A program made the position numbers and the translations under genes. Source: Octopus sinensis (lineage: Eukaryota). From it: DNA of 64,000 nt. The stretch's first letter is position 1, and each line of letters opens with the position of its first letter. Positions 1 through 14,370 of this stretch are shown here, one piece after another. The stretch is from positions 107,012,001-107,076,000 of the forward strand of contig NC_043002.1 in NCBI RefSeq assembly GCF_006345805.1, written 5' to 3'. The notes under the pieces were generated by a model, which made no database searches, had not been told where the DNA came from, and saw only the letters and a program-made list of their open reading frames with translations.

Positions 1-330
1 ACCTTGGACTGCAGTGTCCATTCTGTCCTGATTTTCTAAGCCAGTAGGATATATATATATAGATAACACTTGGCTGCTATTTCTGACAGGTCGAGTGGCC
101 GCAGAGTGACGCTCACACGCCGGCTCCAAATATGAATTTATATTATATGTGGGTGTTCGTTTTGTGTGATCAAACATCCACACCCCTTTAATATCGAATT
201 TCACTGATTTCAGTTTGGTTTACTTGTAAACCGCAACATTGACCGATCAGCTGGGTTGGGAGAGGAATGCAAATTGAAGATTTTGAATGTACGATAAGAG
301 GAAAAATCTATATTGCACCCATGCTGCAAC

Positions 331-332
<2 letters not shown>

Positions 333-411
<79 letters not shown>
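333..411. repeat. (TA)n microsatellite
   Basis: Near-pure TA run read directly. Confidence 0.95.
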
Positions 412-413
<2 letters not shown>

Positions 414-654
414 CAATAATACAATAATAAATCTCTGAGCGAGAAGTATATAATAGAAGTCCGGAATCGTGATGTATATTTGCCACCTAAATGTGGCGGA
501 CCCATAGGGGACAATGCTACTGTTGTTTATAGCCCCAGGAAGACATCTCCTCCAGCTGGCTAACGACACACTGCATCTGATTTGTATTTGCGAAGGGGAA
601 TCATCGCTCCCATCTCTAGCCTTACGTGTTACACACAGACCCGGGTTTCTGAGC

Positions 655-663
655 ATATATATA

Positions 664-712
<49 letters not shown>
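655..712. repeat. (TA)n microsatellite
   Basis: Near-pure TA run read directly. Confidence 0.95.
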
Positions 713-715
<3 letters not shown>

Positions 716-1135
716 AGGAGAGTTCACGAAAAAAAAAAAAAAGACGAAGACAGGTGGTGTACAAAACAAACAGATGTATTAGTATAACGCTCAGGAATTG
801 AAAAAGTCTTTTACGTTTCGAGCCTACGCTCTTCTACAGAAAGGGACACAGAAAAAAAAAAGAAAAGGAGAGAAAAAATGTGTGTAGTGGCTAGAGAGAC
901 GACACTTCAATACTATGGGAAATGGGAATCTGTGGTGTTCGTGCTGCGAAACACATGAAGGAGCTTTGTATGTGGTCGTTCGACCTGCTGGAAATGGCAG
1001 ATGAATTCCCTTCAAAATACATCCTGCTATCTTTGAAAAGAAAGGACACAGTGGGTAATATAGTCTGATAAAAACTCTGAAAAGACGAGGTGGTCACAAA
1101 CGGGATACAGGTCAACATTGGACAGACTCATAAGG
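713..1135 (-). mobile_element. Non-autonomous interspersed repeat, probably Penelope-like pseudo-LTR derived
   Basis: A second diverged copy lies in opposite orientation at ~13700-13845 (shared gagcgtaggctc..aaagactt..acatctgtttgt). Carries a hammerhead-like motif. Boundaries approximate. Confidence 0.55.
808..843 (-). ncRNA. Minimal type-I hammerhead-ribozyme-like motif (variant core CUGUAGA)
   Basis: Minus strand reads CUUU-CUGUAGA-A-GAGC(GUAG)GCUC-GAAA-CG-UA|AAAG: 4-bp stem I, 4-bp stem II, palindromic ACGU stem III, GUA site. A6 is replaced by U. Confidence 0.5.
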
Positions 1136-1468
1136 GATCATGACCTTAAATGGGACTAACAACAGCTCGAATATTCTCACAATTCCTGTTCCATTATACA
1201 CACACACACACACACATACATAAATCTTTTACTTAGTTCAGTCATTAGACGGCGGCCATGCTGGGTCACTGCCATGACTTTTAGTCGAATGAATCGACCC
1301 CAAGACTTATTTTTTAAAAAACCTGGTACTATTCTAGCAGTTTCTTTTGCTAAGTTACGGGGAAGTGAACAAACCAACATCGGCTGTCAAGCGGGGAAGA
1401 CGGACAATATATGAGTGAAGAATATATATACACAACACTAAAACATATGTGTTTGTTGTGTGTGTGTG

Positions 1469-1584
1469 TATATTATATATATATACATACATATACATAC
1501 ATATATATATACATACATATATATATACATACATACATATATATATACATACATATACATACATATATATATACATAATATACA

Positions 1585-1617
<33 letters not shown>

Positions 1618-1778
1618 TATATATACATACATATATATATATATCATACATATATATACATATACATACATATATATAACATATACATACATATATACAT
1701 ATATAACATACATATATATACATTACATACATATATATACATATACATACATATATATATATATATAATATATATAAC

Positions 1779-1815
<37 letters not shown>

Positions 1816-2910
1816 CATATATATATAATATATATACACATATATATATAATACATACACACATATATATATATACACATATATATATATATACACATAA
1901 TATATATATATACACATACATATATATATATACATATATTATATATATACAACATATATATATATATACATATATATACTACATATATATATACACACAC
2001 ATATACATATACATATATACATACACACATATATATATACATACACATATATATATACACATACACATATATATACATACACATATATATACATACATAT
2101 ATATATAGATATATATATATACACATATTATACATATATATATATATATCATATATATAATATATACACATATATATATACACATATATATATATAACAC
2201 ATATATATATATAACATATATATATATACACATATATATATACATATATATATATACACATATATATATACACATATAATATATATAACATATATATATA
2301 TACACACAGATATATATATATACATATATATTATATACACATATATATATATATATATAATATATATACACATATATATATATATATACACATATATATA
2401 TATATATATATAATACACATATATATACACATATATATATATAACACATATATATATATATAATACACATATATATATATATACCATATATATATATACA
2501 CACATATATATATATACACATACATATATATATATAACATATATATATATACACATATATATATATATCTATATATATATATACAACATATATATATATA
2601 TATACACTATATATATATATACATACATTATATATATATATATACATACACATATATATATATATATAACACATATATATATAACACATATATATATACA
2701 TTATATATATACACATATATATATATACAATATATATATATATAATACACATATATATACACATATATACATATATAATATACATATATATCTATACATA
2801 TATATATATATATCATATATATATATATATATCTATATATATATATACATATAATATATATATACATACATATATATATAACATACATATATATACATAT
2901 ATATATATAT

Positions 2911-2943
<33 letters not shown>

Positions 2944-3767
2944 ATATAGTATATATATATATATATACCTACATACATATATATATACATTATATATACA
3001 TATATATATAATACATATATATATATACATACATATATATATACATACATAATATATACATATATATTATATACATACATATATATACATACTATATATA
3101 TATATATACATATACATATACATATATATATATATATATATACTACATATATATACATACATATATATATATATACATACTATATACATACATATATATA
3201 ATATACATACTATATATATATACATACATTATATATATATATATAGTATATATATATATATACATACATAATACATACATATATATCATACATATATATA
3301 TATACATACATATATACATATATACATATATACATACATACCTATATATATATACATCATATATACATATATATATATAATATACATACATATATATATA
3401 TATATACATACATATATATATACACATATATATATATACATACATATATATATACAACACATATATATATATACACATATATATATACACATATATAATA
3501 TACATACTATATATATATACATACATAATATATACACACATATATATATATACCATATATATATATACACATATATATATATACATACAATATATATACA
3601 CATATATATATACATACATATATATATACACACATATATATATATACACACACATATATATATACACACATATATATACATATATATATACATATATACA
3701 TATATACATATACATATATATATACACATATATACATATATACATATATACATATATACATATATAC

Positions 3768-3798
<31 letters not shown>

Positions 3799-3895
3799 CA
3801 TACATATATATATACATATATATATACATATATATATACATATATATATATACATTACATACATATATTATATACATACATATATTATACATACA

Positions 3896-3935
<40 letters not shown>

Positions 3936-4132
3936 CATACATATATATACTATATATATATATACATACATATATATATATACATATATATATATATACA
4001 TACATATATATACATATATATATATATACATACATATATATACATATATATATATATACATACATATATATACATATATATATACATATATATATATATA
4101 CATACATATATATACATATATATATACATATA

Positions 4133-4186
<54 letters not shown>

Positions 4187-4222
4187 CATACATATATATA
4201 CATATATATATATATACATACA

Positions 4223-4262
<40 letters not shown>

Positions 4263-4490
4263 CATACATATATATATATACTACATATATATTACATACA
4301 TATATATATACATACATATATATACATATATATATACATATATATATAACATATATATATATACCATATATATATATACATATATATATATACATATATA
4401 TATATACATATATATATACATATATATATATACATATATATATATAATATATATATATATCATATATATATATATACATATATAATATAC

Positions 4491-4537
<47 letters not shown>

Positions 4538-4631
4538 CATAATATATATACATATATATATATATACATATATATAACATACATATATATATACATACAT
4601 ATATATATACATACAATATATATTACATACA

Positions 4632-4671
<40 letters not shown>

Positions 4672-5022
4672 CATACATATATATACATATATATATATAT
4701 ACATTATATATACATACATATATATACATATATATATACTATATATATATACATACATATATACATACATATATACATACATATAATATACATATATATA
4801 TATACATATATACATACATATATATACATATATATATATACATATATATATATATACATACATATATATATACATATATCTATATACATATATATATATA
4901 TACATATATATATACATTATATATATATACATATATATATATATACATCATATATATACATATTATATATATACATATATATAACATACATATATATATA
5001 CATACATATATATATACATACA

Positions 5023-5076
<54 letters not shown>

Positions 5077-5664
5077 CATACATATATATACATATATATA
5101 TATACATACATAATATATACATACAATATACATACATACATTATATACATACATATATACATACATATATACATACATATATATATACATATATATATAA
5201 TACATATATACATACATATATATTACTATATATATATACATATATATATATACATACTATATATACATATATTATATACATATATATATAATATACATAT
5301 ATATATATACATTATCATACATACATATATATACTACATATATATATACATATATATATATACATATATATATATTACATACATACATATATATACATAC
5401 TATATAATACATATATATATATACATATATATACATACATACATATATATATACATACATATATATATACATTATATATACATATATATAATACATACAT
5501 ATATATATACATACATATATATATACATATATATATATACATAATATACATACATACATATATATATACATATATATATATACATATATATATATATACA
5601 TACATACATATATATATACATATATATATATACATATTATATATATACATACATATATATATAC

Positions 5665-5695
<31 letters not shown>

Positions 5696-5773
5696 CATAC
5701 TATATATATATATATATACATACATATATATATTATTATATATATATATATATACATACATACATATATATAC

Positions 5774-5822
<49 letters not shown>

Positions 5823-6084
5823 CTATATTATATATATTACATACTATATACATACATACATATATAATACATATATATATAACATATATATATATATATA
5901 CATACATATATATACATATATATATATATATATACATACATATATACATACATACATATATATATACATTATATATATACATATATATATATATATATAC
6001 ATACATATATATACATATATATATATATATATACATACATATATATATAATATATATATATATAGATATATATATATATATATA
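1469..6084. repeat. Very long degenerate (TA)n/(TACA)n microsatellite
   Basis: About 4.6 kb of alternating purine-pyrimidine sequence; non-AT bases on the + strand are almost all C. Confidence 0.97.
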
Positions 6085-6178
6085 GCACAAAATGGAGACG
6101 AGTTTAATACACGTCTGTCTGTGTTTGTCTAAACATATATAGACATAAATTGTCTATGTATGCATGCATATATATATA

Positions 6179-6223
<45 letters not shown>

Positions 6224-7298
6224 TATATACAGACACAATAATGAAAATGATTGGTACTTCAAAAAAAACATTTAATGTGTTATATACACGTATGTGTAAG
6301 AATATATATATATATATATATATATAATACAAACAACACCGTACTGTGTATGTGAGAGAGATTGGGGAAAATATGAACATATTCTCTCTCTCTCGTCCGT
6401 AATCTATAAACATATAAACACATCTTTCAAATAAAAGCAATAATAATAATAATAATAATAAATGTGGTGCAATGTGTTATCAGTTGCTAAAACAATTCTC
6501 CGTCAACAAACTGTTGCTCCCCCCGCCTACCTTCAAATGCACCCCCCCCCATAACTACGTCATCGCCAAGAAAGAAATATTCTCACTTCACTACGGACAA
6601 CAATAATACCTGTTGCCTTTTATTAATAAATAATAATTGTTTTATTGCCACAATAAAACAGATGTAGGCCATTGTAAGGAGAACTGACACAGCGCTCGCT
6701 TGTATAAGGCCTAGGAGGAACACACGGTACTTTGTGTAAACCCTAAGATTTCTGACAACTCACCATTAATAATAATAATAATAATAACCGCTTCAAATTT
6801 TGGTACATAATCAGCAATTTTAGAAGGGTAGATAAGTAAATTACAACACCCCACAATAACTGACTGGTACTTTATTTTTTACTGATCCCGGAAGAATGAG
6901 AGGCAAAGTTAAAACTTGACGGGATATCATCTCGGAAAGTAAAAGGACATTACTATAAAGCAGGGAGTGTTTTTGTCCCTTACTAACTAACGCCCCATAC
7001 GAAAAACGATAAACGGGTATTTTAAAATAACAAACCCGTAATGAGCATAATGCAAGCTCAACGAAAATCGGGAGGTGAATGACGCAGTGTTTGATGTAAA
7101 ATGTGTAGGTGGAGAGGCGGATGGGAAGTAGAGGGTGAGGAAAAAATAAAGAAAATCAGTACAAAATGATTGATTGGCGATTCTGATTTCTCTCTGTTTA
7201 TCTCTCTTTCCCAGCTGTTCGACAACGTAAATACACAGGACTGGAAAATAACCGTAAATTTAATGCACAAACAAGTATTTGTCAAGTACACTGAATTT

Positions 7299-7694
7299 GG
7301 CGATCTTTCGTCTCTAGTAGACCTTTCCGTCGATTTCCGTAAAAATTTTTTTTTTTTTTTACATATGGGCTTGCGGGAACTTTTGAAGTAATATACATAC
7401 ATATACACATACACCGAGTAAAAAATTTCAGTTATCTCTTTCACACATACTAACAGAAGCACTTCACTTACACAACATACTGTCTGTCTCCCACACCCCA
7501 TCAAACACACACACATGCACATCAATGCTTCCCATGCACGGTAACTTCAAAAGAATTTCCCTCGTCATACGATCGCTTTCTCTTAGTTTCTTTCGCTCTC
7601 ATTACTTCAAAAGTTCCCGCAAGCCCATATGTAAAAAAAAAAAAATTTTTTTACGGAAATCGACGGAAAGGTCTACTAGAGACGAAAGATTGCC
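7299..7694. mobile_element. MITE with ~94-bp TIRs and 8-bp TSD (Merlin- or MULE-type)
   Basis: 7299-7392 is the near-perfect reverse complement of 7601-7694. Termini are GG..CC. CTGAATTT is duplicated at 7291-7298 and 7695-7702. Confidence 0.85.
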
Positions 7695-8029
7695 CTGAAT
7701 TTTTTTTTTTACATCCGATTGCTCAAACTAGTAGAAATAGAAACTGAATCGCCCTCAAATCACACACTGCCACCTTAGAAAGGAAAGGCATAAATTTGAG
7801 AAAAACCAGCAGAAAAAAATATTGAATGGTCACAACTTGATATTTTTCCATCATAAATCTATTAAATTAAAAGCTAACGTGTAGCAGAAAAAAAAAATGA
7901 ATTCACAACATTGGCAAATAGCTACCAACCAATCAAACTAATTGACAAATAGCCTAAAAATTAGAAAATTCATACGAAACAATTTGACGAAATCAAAAAT
8001 ACAACACAACGGTCACCTGGCATTTCGTC

Positions 8030-8310
8030 GCTTACGACAGCGAAGGTCCCAGTTGATCCGATCAACGGAACAGCCTGCTCGTGAGATTAACACGAGTGTG
8101 TGGCTGAGAACTCGACACACACACACGCGCGCGTGCCCTTAACATAGTCCTCGGGGATATTAGGCATGAAACAATGTGACAAGGCCGGCCCTTTGAAATA
8201 CAAGTACAACTCGTTTTTGCCAGCTGAGTGGACTGGAGCAACGTGAAATAAAGTGTCTTGCTCAAAGACACAATGCGCCGGCAGGAATCGAACTTAGGAT
8301 CCTAATGCCA
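8030..8310 (-). mobile_element. tRNA-derived SINE (V-domain-like family), partial
   Basis: Matches copies at 8878, 14101, 16795 and 47000 (gatcaacggaacagcctgctcgtg..gtgtcttgctcaa). Confidence 0.8.
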
Positions 8311-8877
8311 ACTACTTTGCAGAGCATATTGGGTGCTTTTTACATTGCTGTGAAAAGTAAATTTATTTCTTTGCGAGCAGAAGGAGTGAAATCAATCTGA
8401 CTAGTTTCTAGTCTTCTTAGGCTTTCTTCAGAGAAAGAATATCCATCTAATGTCCCAGAAGAGATTAGTAGCTTATAGCTATTTATAGTGTACAATACAA
8501 ACTCGGTCACATCTATAGAAATGTGTTATGTATTTATATGTATTTTTAGTTACTGCTGATGAGAAACCGCGTGGCTTAGTGGTTAGGGATTCATGTAAAA
8601 AGCACCCAATATGCTCTGCAAAGTAGTTGGCATTAGGAAGATGCATCCAGCTATGGAAAACCATGCCAAAACAGACAACTGGAGCTTTGTGCAGCCCTCC
8701 AGCTCCTGTTAAACCATCCAAATTCATGCCAGCATGGAAAACGGATGTCAAATGATAATGAGGGGGAGCAAGGCTATAATAGTGTAAGTTTGTCAGAAAA
8801 AGATATATGTTACACTATAATTTCAAATCAGATATTGTTCTGAGTGGTTTTAGCAATCATAAAGTAGGGTAGTATAT

Positions 8878-9203
8878 AAGAGCACTCCATCGGTTACGAC
8901 GACGAGGGTCCCAGCTGATACGATCAACGGAACAGCCTGCTCGTGAAATTAATATGCAAGTGGCTGAGCACTCCACAGACACGTGTACCTTTAACGTAGT
9001 TCTCAGGGAGATTCAGCGTGACACACAGTGTGACAAGGCCGGCCCTTTGAAATACAGGTACAACTCATTTTTGCCAGCTGAGTGGACTGGAGCAACATGA
9101 AATAAAGTGTCTTGCTCAAGGACACAACGCGTCACTTGGAATCGAACTCACGACCTTACAATCGTGAGCCGAATGCCCTAACCACTAAGCCACGTGCCTT
9201 CAC
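8878..9203 (-). mobile_element. tRNA-derived SINE (V-domain-like family), near full length
   Basis: Minus-strand head has A box tggcttagtgg and B box gagttcgattcc, followed by gtccttgagcaagacac. Multiple copies in the window. Confidence 0.85.
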
Positions 9204-11014
9204 AATCATAAAGTAACCTTACTGGAGAACTGCTAATAGGCAAAGATGTAGCAGAGCAGTTAAAAAGTTGACATCACAAGCACATGGAGTTGGACTCAGT
9301 TCCTCTGTATGGCACCTTGAACAAGGTATCTTCTATAATTCCTTACTGACCAAATATATGAGTGGATTTGACAGACAAACTGAAAGATGCCTGTCATGTG
9401 TATGTTGTCTTAATACACACATACACAAAGCAAAGTTCTTTAATACACAGCGATGCCTTTGTCTGATGAAAATAAGCTCAGGGCTGCTTTACAGCTTCAA
9501 GAATATACTTTCTGTATCACAGCAAGGTGCACATTTACAATCAGCATCAACATGTGTGTGTGTGTGAAAGTATATAGAGAGGTACATGAAAAAAATTTGA
9601 ATTACCATGTGGAATCCCACCAAACACATTAGTATATGCAAGAGTATAATACGCATGTGTGTACAGAAGTCTACATGTGTAAAGGTACATCTGTGAAAAT
9701 CACAAACACAAAACTTATTCAGCACAACACAGAAATAAAGAGGAAAGAGAGATGATAAGATCACAAAAGAAAGAGAGAGATAGAGGAAATATACAAAGCA
9801 TGGGGGTAGGGTGGATAGAAAGCAATATGGGAAAGAGAAAAAAAGAAGAGAGAAGACCAGATGGGAGAGTAAGGAAATGTCATGAGCATATAAGAGAGTA
9901 AATTTTCCCATTATTAACCACAAAATAAATCTAAACAACATTTTTGGTCAATAATTAGCCAAGATGTTCCAACTGCAATGAACCTGGCCCTTATTCAAGC
10001 ACAGCCAACACTGGACTCCAGTATACATATTCATAGTACATTTTCTTTATTCAAGATGGTAGGGTGTGGTTTGAAGGTGATTTTGCAGCTGTTTGTGACA
10101 GGTGGAGTATCCAGACTACACAATGACTTCCTCTTAGGCTCAAGTATTTTAACAAACAAACAACATAGGAAAAAAAAAAACGGACATAAGTATAATATAT
10201 ATGCTCGATTTCTTTTCAGAACTATCAACAATTTAAACATGTGGTTATGTAACACACACACACACACACATGTGACCTCACCTGTGCTTGTGCCACGTAA
10301 TAAGCACCAAGTCCACTGTGAGTGGTTGGTGTTAGGAAGGGCATCTAGCTGTGGTAAAAAGTTCACTTGCCAAGTGAACCCAAAACCAGGGGTTTAGGCT
10401 TTTACAACTTTCAAGCTAGGTTGATAGCAGTGCTGCTGGTCTGGCTCCTGTGCAGGTGGCACGTAAAAAACACCATTTGAGCGTGGCCATTGCCAGTACC
10501 ACTTGACTGGCCCTCATGCCGGTGGTTATGTAACACACATACACATGTGACCTCACCTGTGCTTGTGCCACGTAATAAGCACCAAGTCCACTCTGAGTGG
10601 TTGGTGTTAGGAAGGGCATCTAGCTGTAAAAATCCTGCCAAAACACTCACAGTTGTCTGGTGCAGGCTTCTGCCTGGCCAGCTCTTGTGAAATTGTACCA
10701 CCCATGATGATGGTATAGAATTTTAAAGGCTCAGAGGAAGCTATTAGGTGATGCACAAGCACTCAACTGAACACGTTGCTTCTTATAACAGAAACAACTG
10801 TAACCCAATGAAGTTGATTACATAATTCCTGTTTCCTTGTTCTGTTAATTCACACACAAGACTTAAGTTTCTAACAAACTTCACTAATACAAGGTTCACA
10901 GTCTGCAGCACCTTGCACAAATGTGTTCTATAGCTTCATGTTGACCGATATTTTGTGAGCAGAACTAAGTAGATGTTAACTGAATATGAATGCACATGTG
11001 TATATATATGTGCA

Positions 11015-12110
11015 TAAGAGGGTAAGCCAAAAATTATGATAAGCACTCTTGTTTCAGTAATTTATAAAAACCAAAGCAGAGGTTGAACAATTAAATCATT
11101 TTTCAACACAGTCTGCTTGGATTTTGATGCACTTCTTCCAGCAGGTCACAAGCTCGCTTATTCCATCAGAGAAGAAGGTTCTCATCTGATCAAGCAGCCA
11201 TTTATGCACTGCTTCCTGCATTTCTTCATCCACAGCAAACTGTTGACCTTATAAAGGCTGTTTGAGTGCGCCAAAAGAAAGTGATAGTCAGAAGGGGTGA
11301 GATCTGGACTATTGCAGGGTGTTCTAGCAATTCGAAACCCAATTTCTCAATGGTTTCAACAGTGTGAGAGGCCATACGTAAACGTGCATTATCGTGCAAT
11401 TAATAACACTTGACAATAGACCTCTGTGTTTGAAGTCAATTGCTGGTTTCAGTTTGTTGGTGAGCATTTTACTGTAGCCTACACCAGTACCTGAAGACAC
11501 CTTTTTCAGACAATGTTCTAGTATAGCCCAAGAAGTGGTAAGTATTACTTTTTCTGTATAAGGTTTAGTCTTGAATTACTTTTTTTGCTGGCAATTTCAA
11601 GTGTTTCCACCCCATACTCTACCATTCAGATTCTGACTCAAAGCGATGGGCCTAGGTCTCATCTTTTGTGATTGTTCTCTCAAGAAAAAAAAAAAAAAAA
11701 AACTTCACCTTCATCATTTTAGAAGTTGAGTAGGTGTTGACAGATCTCCACACTTGCACTCTGATTAGCTCTCTTGACACCCAGCTTACAAAGACTTAAT
11801 GGTAGCTTATCATGAATGATTACGTATGCTGAACCATGGCTAATTTGCAGAGAACATGTCACTCATCAGTTCACCAGAACCACCTCTTGAGCTTGTTGAA
11901 TCTCCAGATCAGTGGTGGAGGTTGATGGGCATCCTGCTTCTCTTAAACTTCTTGATCCACTCATACGCACTTCCAAGAGGCAGCACACTGAAAACCTGCA
12001 ATGAATTTCAGCCCCTGACACACCTTCAGATCAGAGAAATCTGATCACTAATCTCTGTTCTTCCTTGGTGCATACTGCCAGCCGAGTGGCCATGCTTACT
12101 CTGTAACACA
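11015..12110 (-). pseudogene. Decayed mariner transposase
   Basis: Minus strand shows SPDLTPSDYH (the YSPDLAPSDY motif) and an HDNAR-like motif with stops and frameshifts. A mariner-like TIR remnant lies near 11015. Confidence 0.8.
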
Positions 12111-12589
12111 AGGAAGAAAGCTGAAGAGATCAAGGTCAAACTTTGGTTATGTAACCACAAGAGCACCACCATTTAGCATGCAAGCACCATAGGTAGTGTG
12201 GCCAACCTGAAGTGTGCATAATTTTTTTACCTCCCCTTCTGAGTGTGTGTGTCTGTGTGTCCTTGTCTTGACTTTATGTAACAGTTTCGAATGAGTATCA
12301 CTGTCATACAAGCAGTGTTGTTGATTTCCATTATTCTTCAAAAAATATATCTGGCCTTAGGGATTTTGATACACACACACACACACACACATACATACAT
12401 ATACACACACAGAGTTTTTGCTTTAGCCATTACAGGCAAGGTTATGCTGAGCTGAACAGTTTGTCTTTTGTGCCAGCTCTTCATATACCCACATGTCCAA
12501 TGTTTCTGTGTATCTTGCCAGTGAGTAGCCTTCAACAGATGGGTGATCAACTATATTAGAGAGACAAATTAACGGACATGTATTTTTAA

Positions 12590-12810
12590 CCCTTTGGTGT
12601 TTAAGCCGGCCATATCCGGCCCAAATATCCTACATGTTTTACATTCAAACTGGCCATATCAAGTCCCTCACACCTAACCTACCTTGACATTCTAATAAAA
12701 AATCATCAAACCATTGAAACTTCATAGCTGTAAGATAATGTATGATTAATTGAAAATAATTTGAGTGAAAAAAGTATTACATTTAACAGATTAATCTGAA
12801 CACTAAAGGG
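12590..12810. mobile_element. piggyBac-type MITE
   Basis: TTAA|CCCTTTGGTGTT ... AACACTAAAGGG|TTAA. An inverted sister copy lies at 57699-57917. Confidence 0.85.
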
Positions 12811-12829
12811 TTAAGGGTTTCAAGAGAAA

Positions 12830-13221
12830 TTCTGGTCATGTCTTATTTTGGGAGATAATATAAAAGTGAGAATGTTTAAATGCCAATGTGTTACTCCAGC
12901 ACACAAGTCCCTGCTTTCAATGGCTGCCGTGCATGATTGTGACTTCGAACTAGTTGATTACCCCTGCCACCTTTCTCCTGACTTAGTTCAATCTGAAGAT
13001 CACCTGTTGTCAACATCATCACAGCGATGATGTCATATCTGCTGTTGTTGACTGTTTGGACCAACAGGTTGAAAGCTTCTTCACCAATGAGATCCAAGCC
13101 CTGCAACACCGATGGAAGTGTGTGGACTGCAAAGGGGACTAGGTTGAAAAAGAAACCTCATTTTGTGACATTCCATGAGAATAACTTGGTTAGTCTTCAA
13201 ACTTTTCAGCCAACCCTCATA
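12830..13221 (+). pseudogene. Mariner transposase 3' fragment with TIR
   Basis: PAHKSLLSMAAVHDCDFELVDYP..SPDL and QALQHRWKCVDCKGD motifs. Ends in acttttcagccaaccctcata|ta. Confidence 0.8.
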
Positions 13222-13354
13222 TAGGTCCCTGATGTGAGTTTGGAGAATAATTAGGTTCTCCAAGTTATCTTAAATTATTACTTGAGTATCACTGTCATAC
13301 AAGCAGTAAAAATTAATAAGAATACATATATCGATCAATGGAAATTGCAGATGA

Positions 13355-13665
13355 GTTACCAGTGCCGGTGGCATGTAAAAGAACCATCCGTTCGTGACCG
13401 TTGCCAGCGCCGTCCCGACTGGCCTCGTGCCGGTGGCACGTAAAAAGCACCATCCGTTCGTGGCCGTTTGCCAGCTCTGTCTGGCACCTGTGCGGGTGGC
13501 ACGTAAAAAGCACCCACTACACTCACGCAGTGGTTGGCGTTAGGAAGGGCATCCAGCCGTAGAAACACTGCCAGATCTGACTGGGCCTGATGAAGCCTTC
13601 CGGCTTCACAGACCCCAGTTGCTAGCATGGAAAACGGACGCTAAATGATGATGATGATGATGATA
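13355..13665 (+). mobile_element. 5'-truncated RTE LINE 3' UTR (66-bp-unit repeat plus (GAT)n tail)
   Basis: ggcacgtaaaaagcacc units, then ttaggaagggcatccagc, then a gatgatgat tail. The same sequence directly follows RTE ORF2 at 38640 and 56050. Confidence 0.8.
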
Positions 13666-13699
13666 TATATATTTAACCATGATTGATCGCTAGCCACTA

Positions 13700-13845
13700 A
13701 AACCTTCATTTTCTCTCTGTTTATTTCTGTGTTCCTTTCTGTCAAAGAGCGTAGGCTCAAAACATAAAAGACTTTCTCACTTCCTAAGCATTAAATTAAT
13801 ACATCTGTTTGTCGTTTACACACCCATCTTCGTCTTTTGTTTGTT
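13700..13845 (+). mobile_element. Second copy of the 713-1135 repeat with a CpG-decayed hammerhead-like motif
   Basis: cttt-ctgtcaa-a-gagcgtaggctc-aaaa-cata-aaag at ~13735-13770 aligns with the motif at 808-843. Confidence 0.6.
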
Positions 13846-14100
13846 TACACACACACATGTACACATATAAACATTCATGAATTGATGGAGATTTTATATC
13901 TCCATGCATATATTCACCTATATATTCATACGCACAAACATACAGCTACATAAATATTCACATATGTATATCCTGTACATACATGTTGGTATGTGCATTT
14001 ACTAATGTATACATATATATCTCATATATATGTGTGTGTATATATATTTATCTACATCTGTACTCATACCTATACATCCATGCACACACACATATAAATA

Positions 14101-14370
14101 ATAGGAGCACTCCGTTGGTTATGACGGCAAGGGTCCCAGCAGATCCGATCAACGGAACAGCTAGCTCGTGAAATTAACATGCAAGTGGCTGAGCATTCCA
14201 CAGACACCTTAATGTAGTTCTCAGGTTGATTCAGCATGACACAGAGTGTGACAAGGCTGGCCCTTTGAAATACACAGGTACAACTCATTTTTGCCAGCTG
14301 AGTGTACTGGAGCAATGTGAAATAAAGTGTCTTGCTCAAGCACACAATGCATCACCAGGAATTCTTTTTT
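14101..14370 (-). mobile_element. tRNA-derived SINE (V-domain-like family), partial
   Basis: Same body as 8878-9203. Confidence 0.8.

Noticed and set aside
247-6440. Dozens of long Y/I/M/C/V-rich or H/T/Y-rich ORFs, plus similar ones at 21.8-24.3, 32.6-33.8, 39.1, 45.6 and 51.7 kb
   Set aside because: They are translations of (TA)n/(TACA)n/(TG)n microsatellites, which lack stops in some frames.
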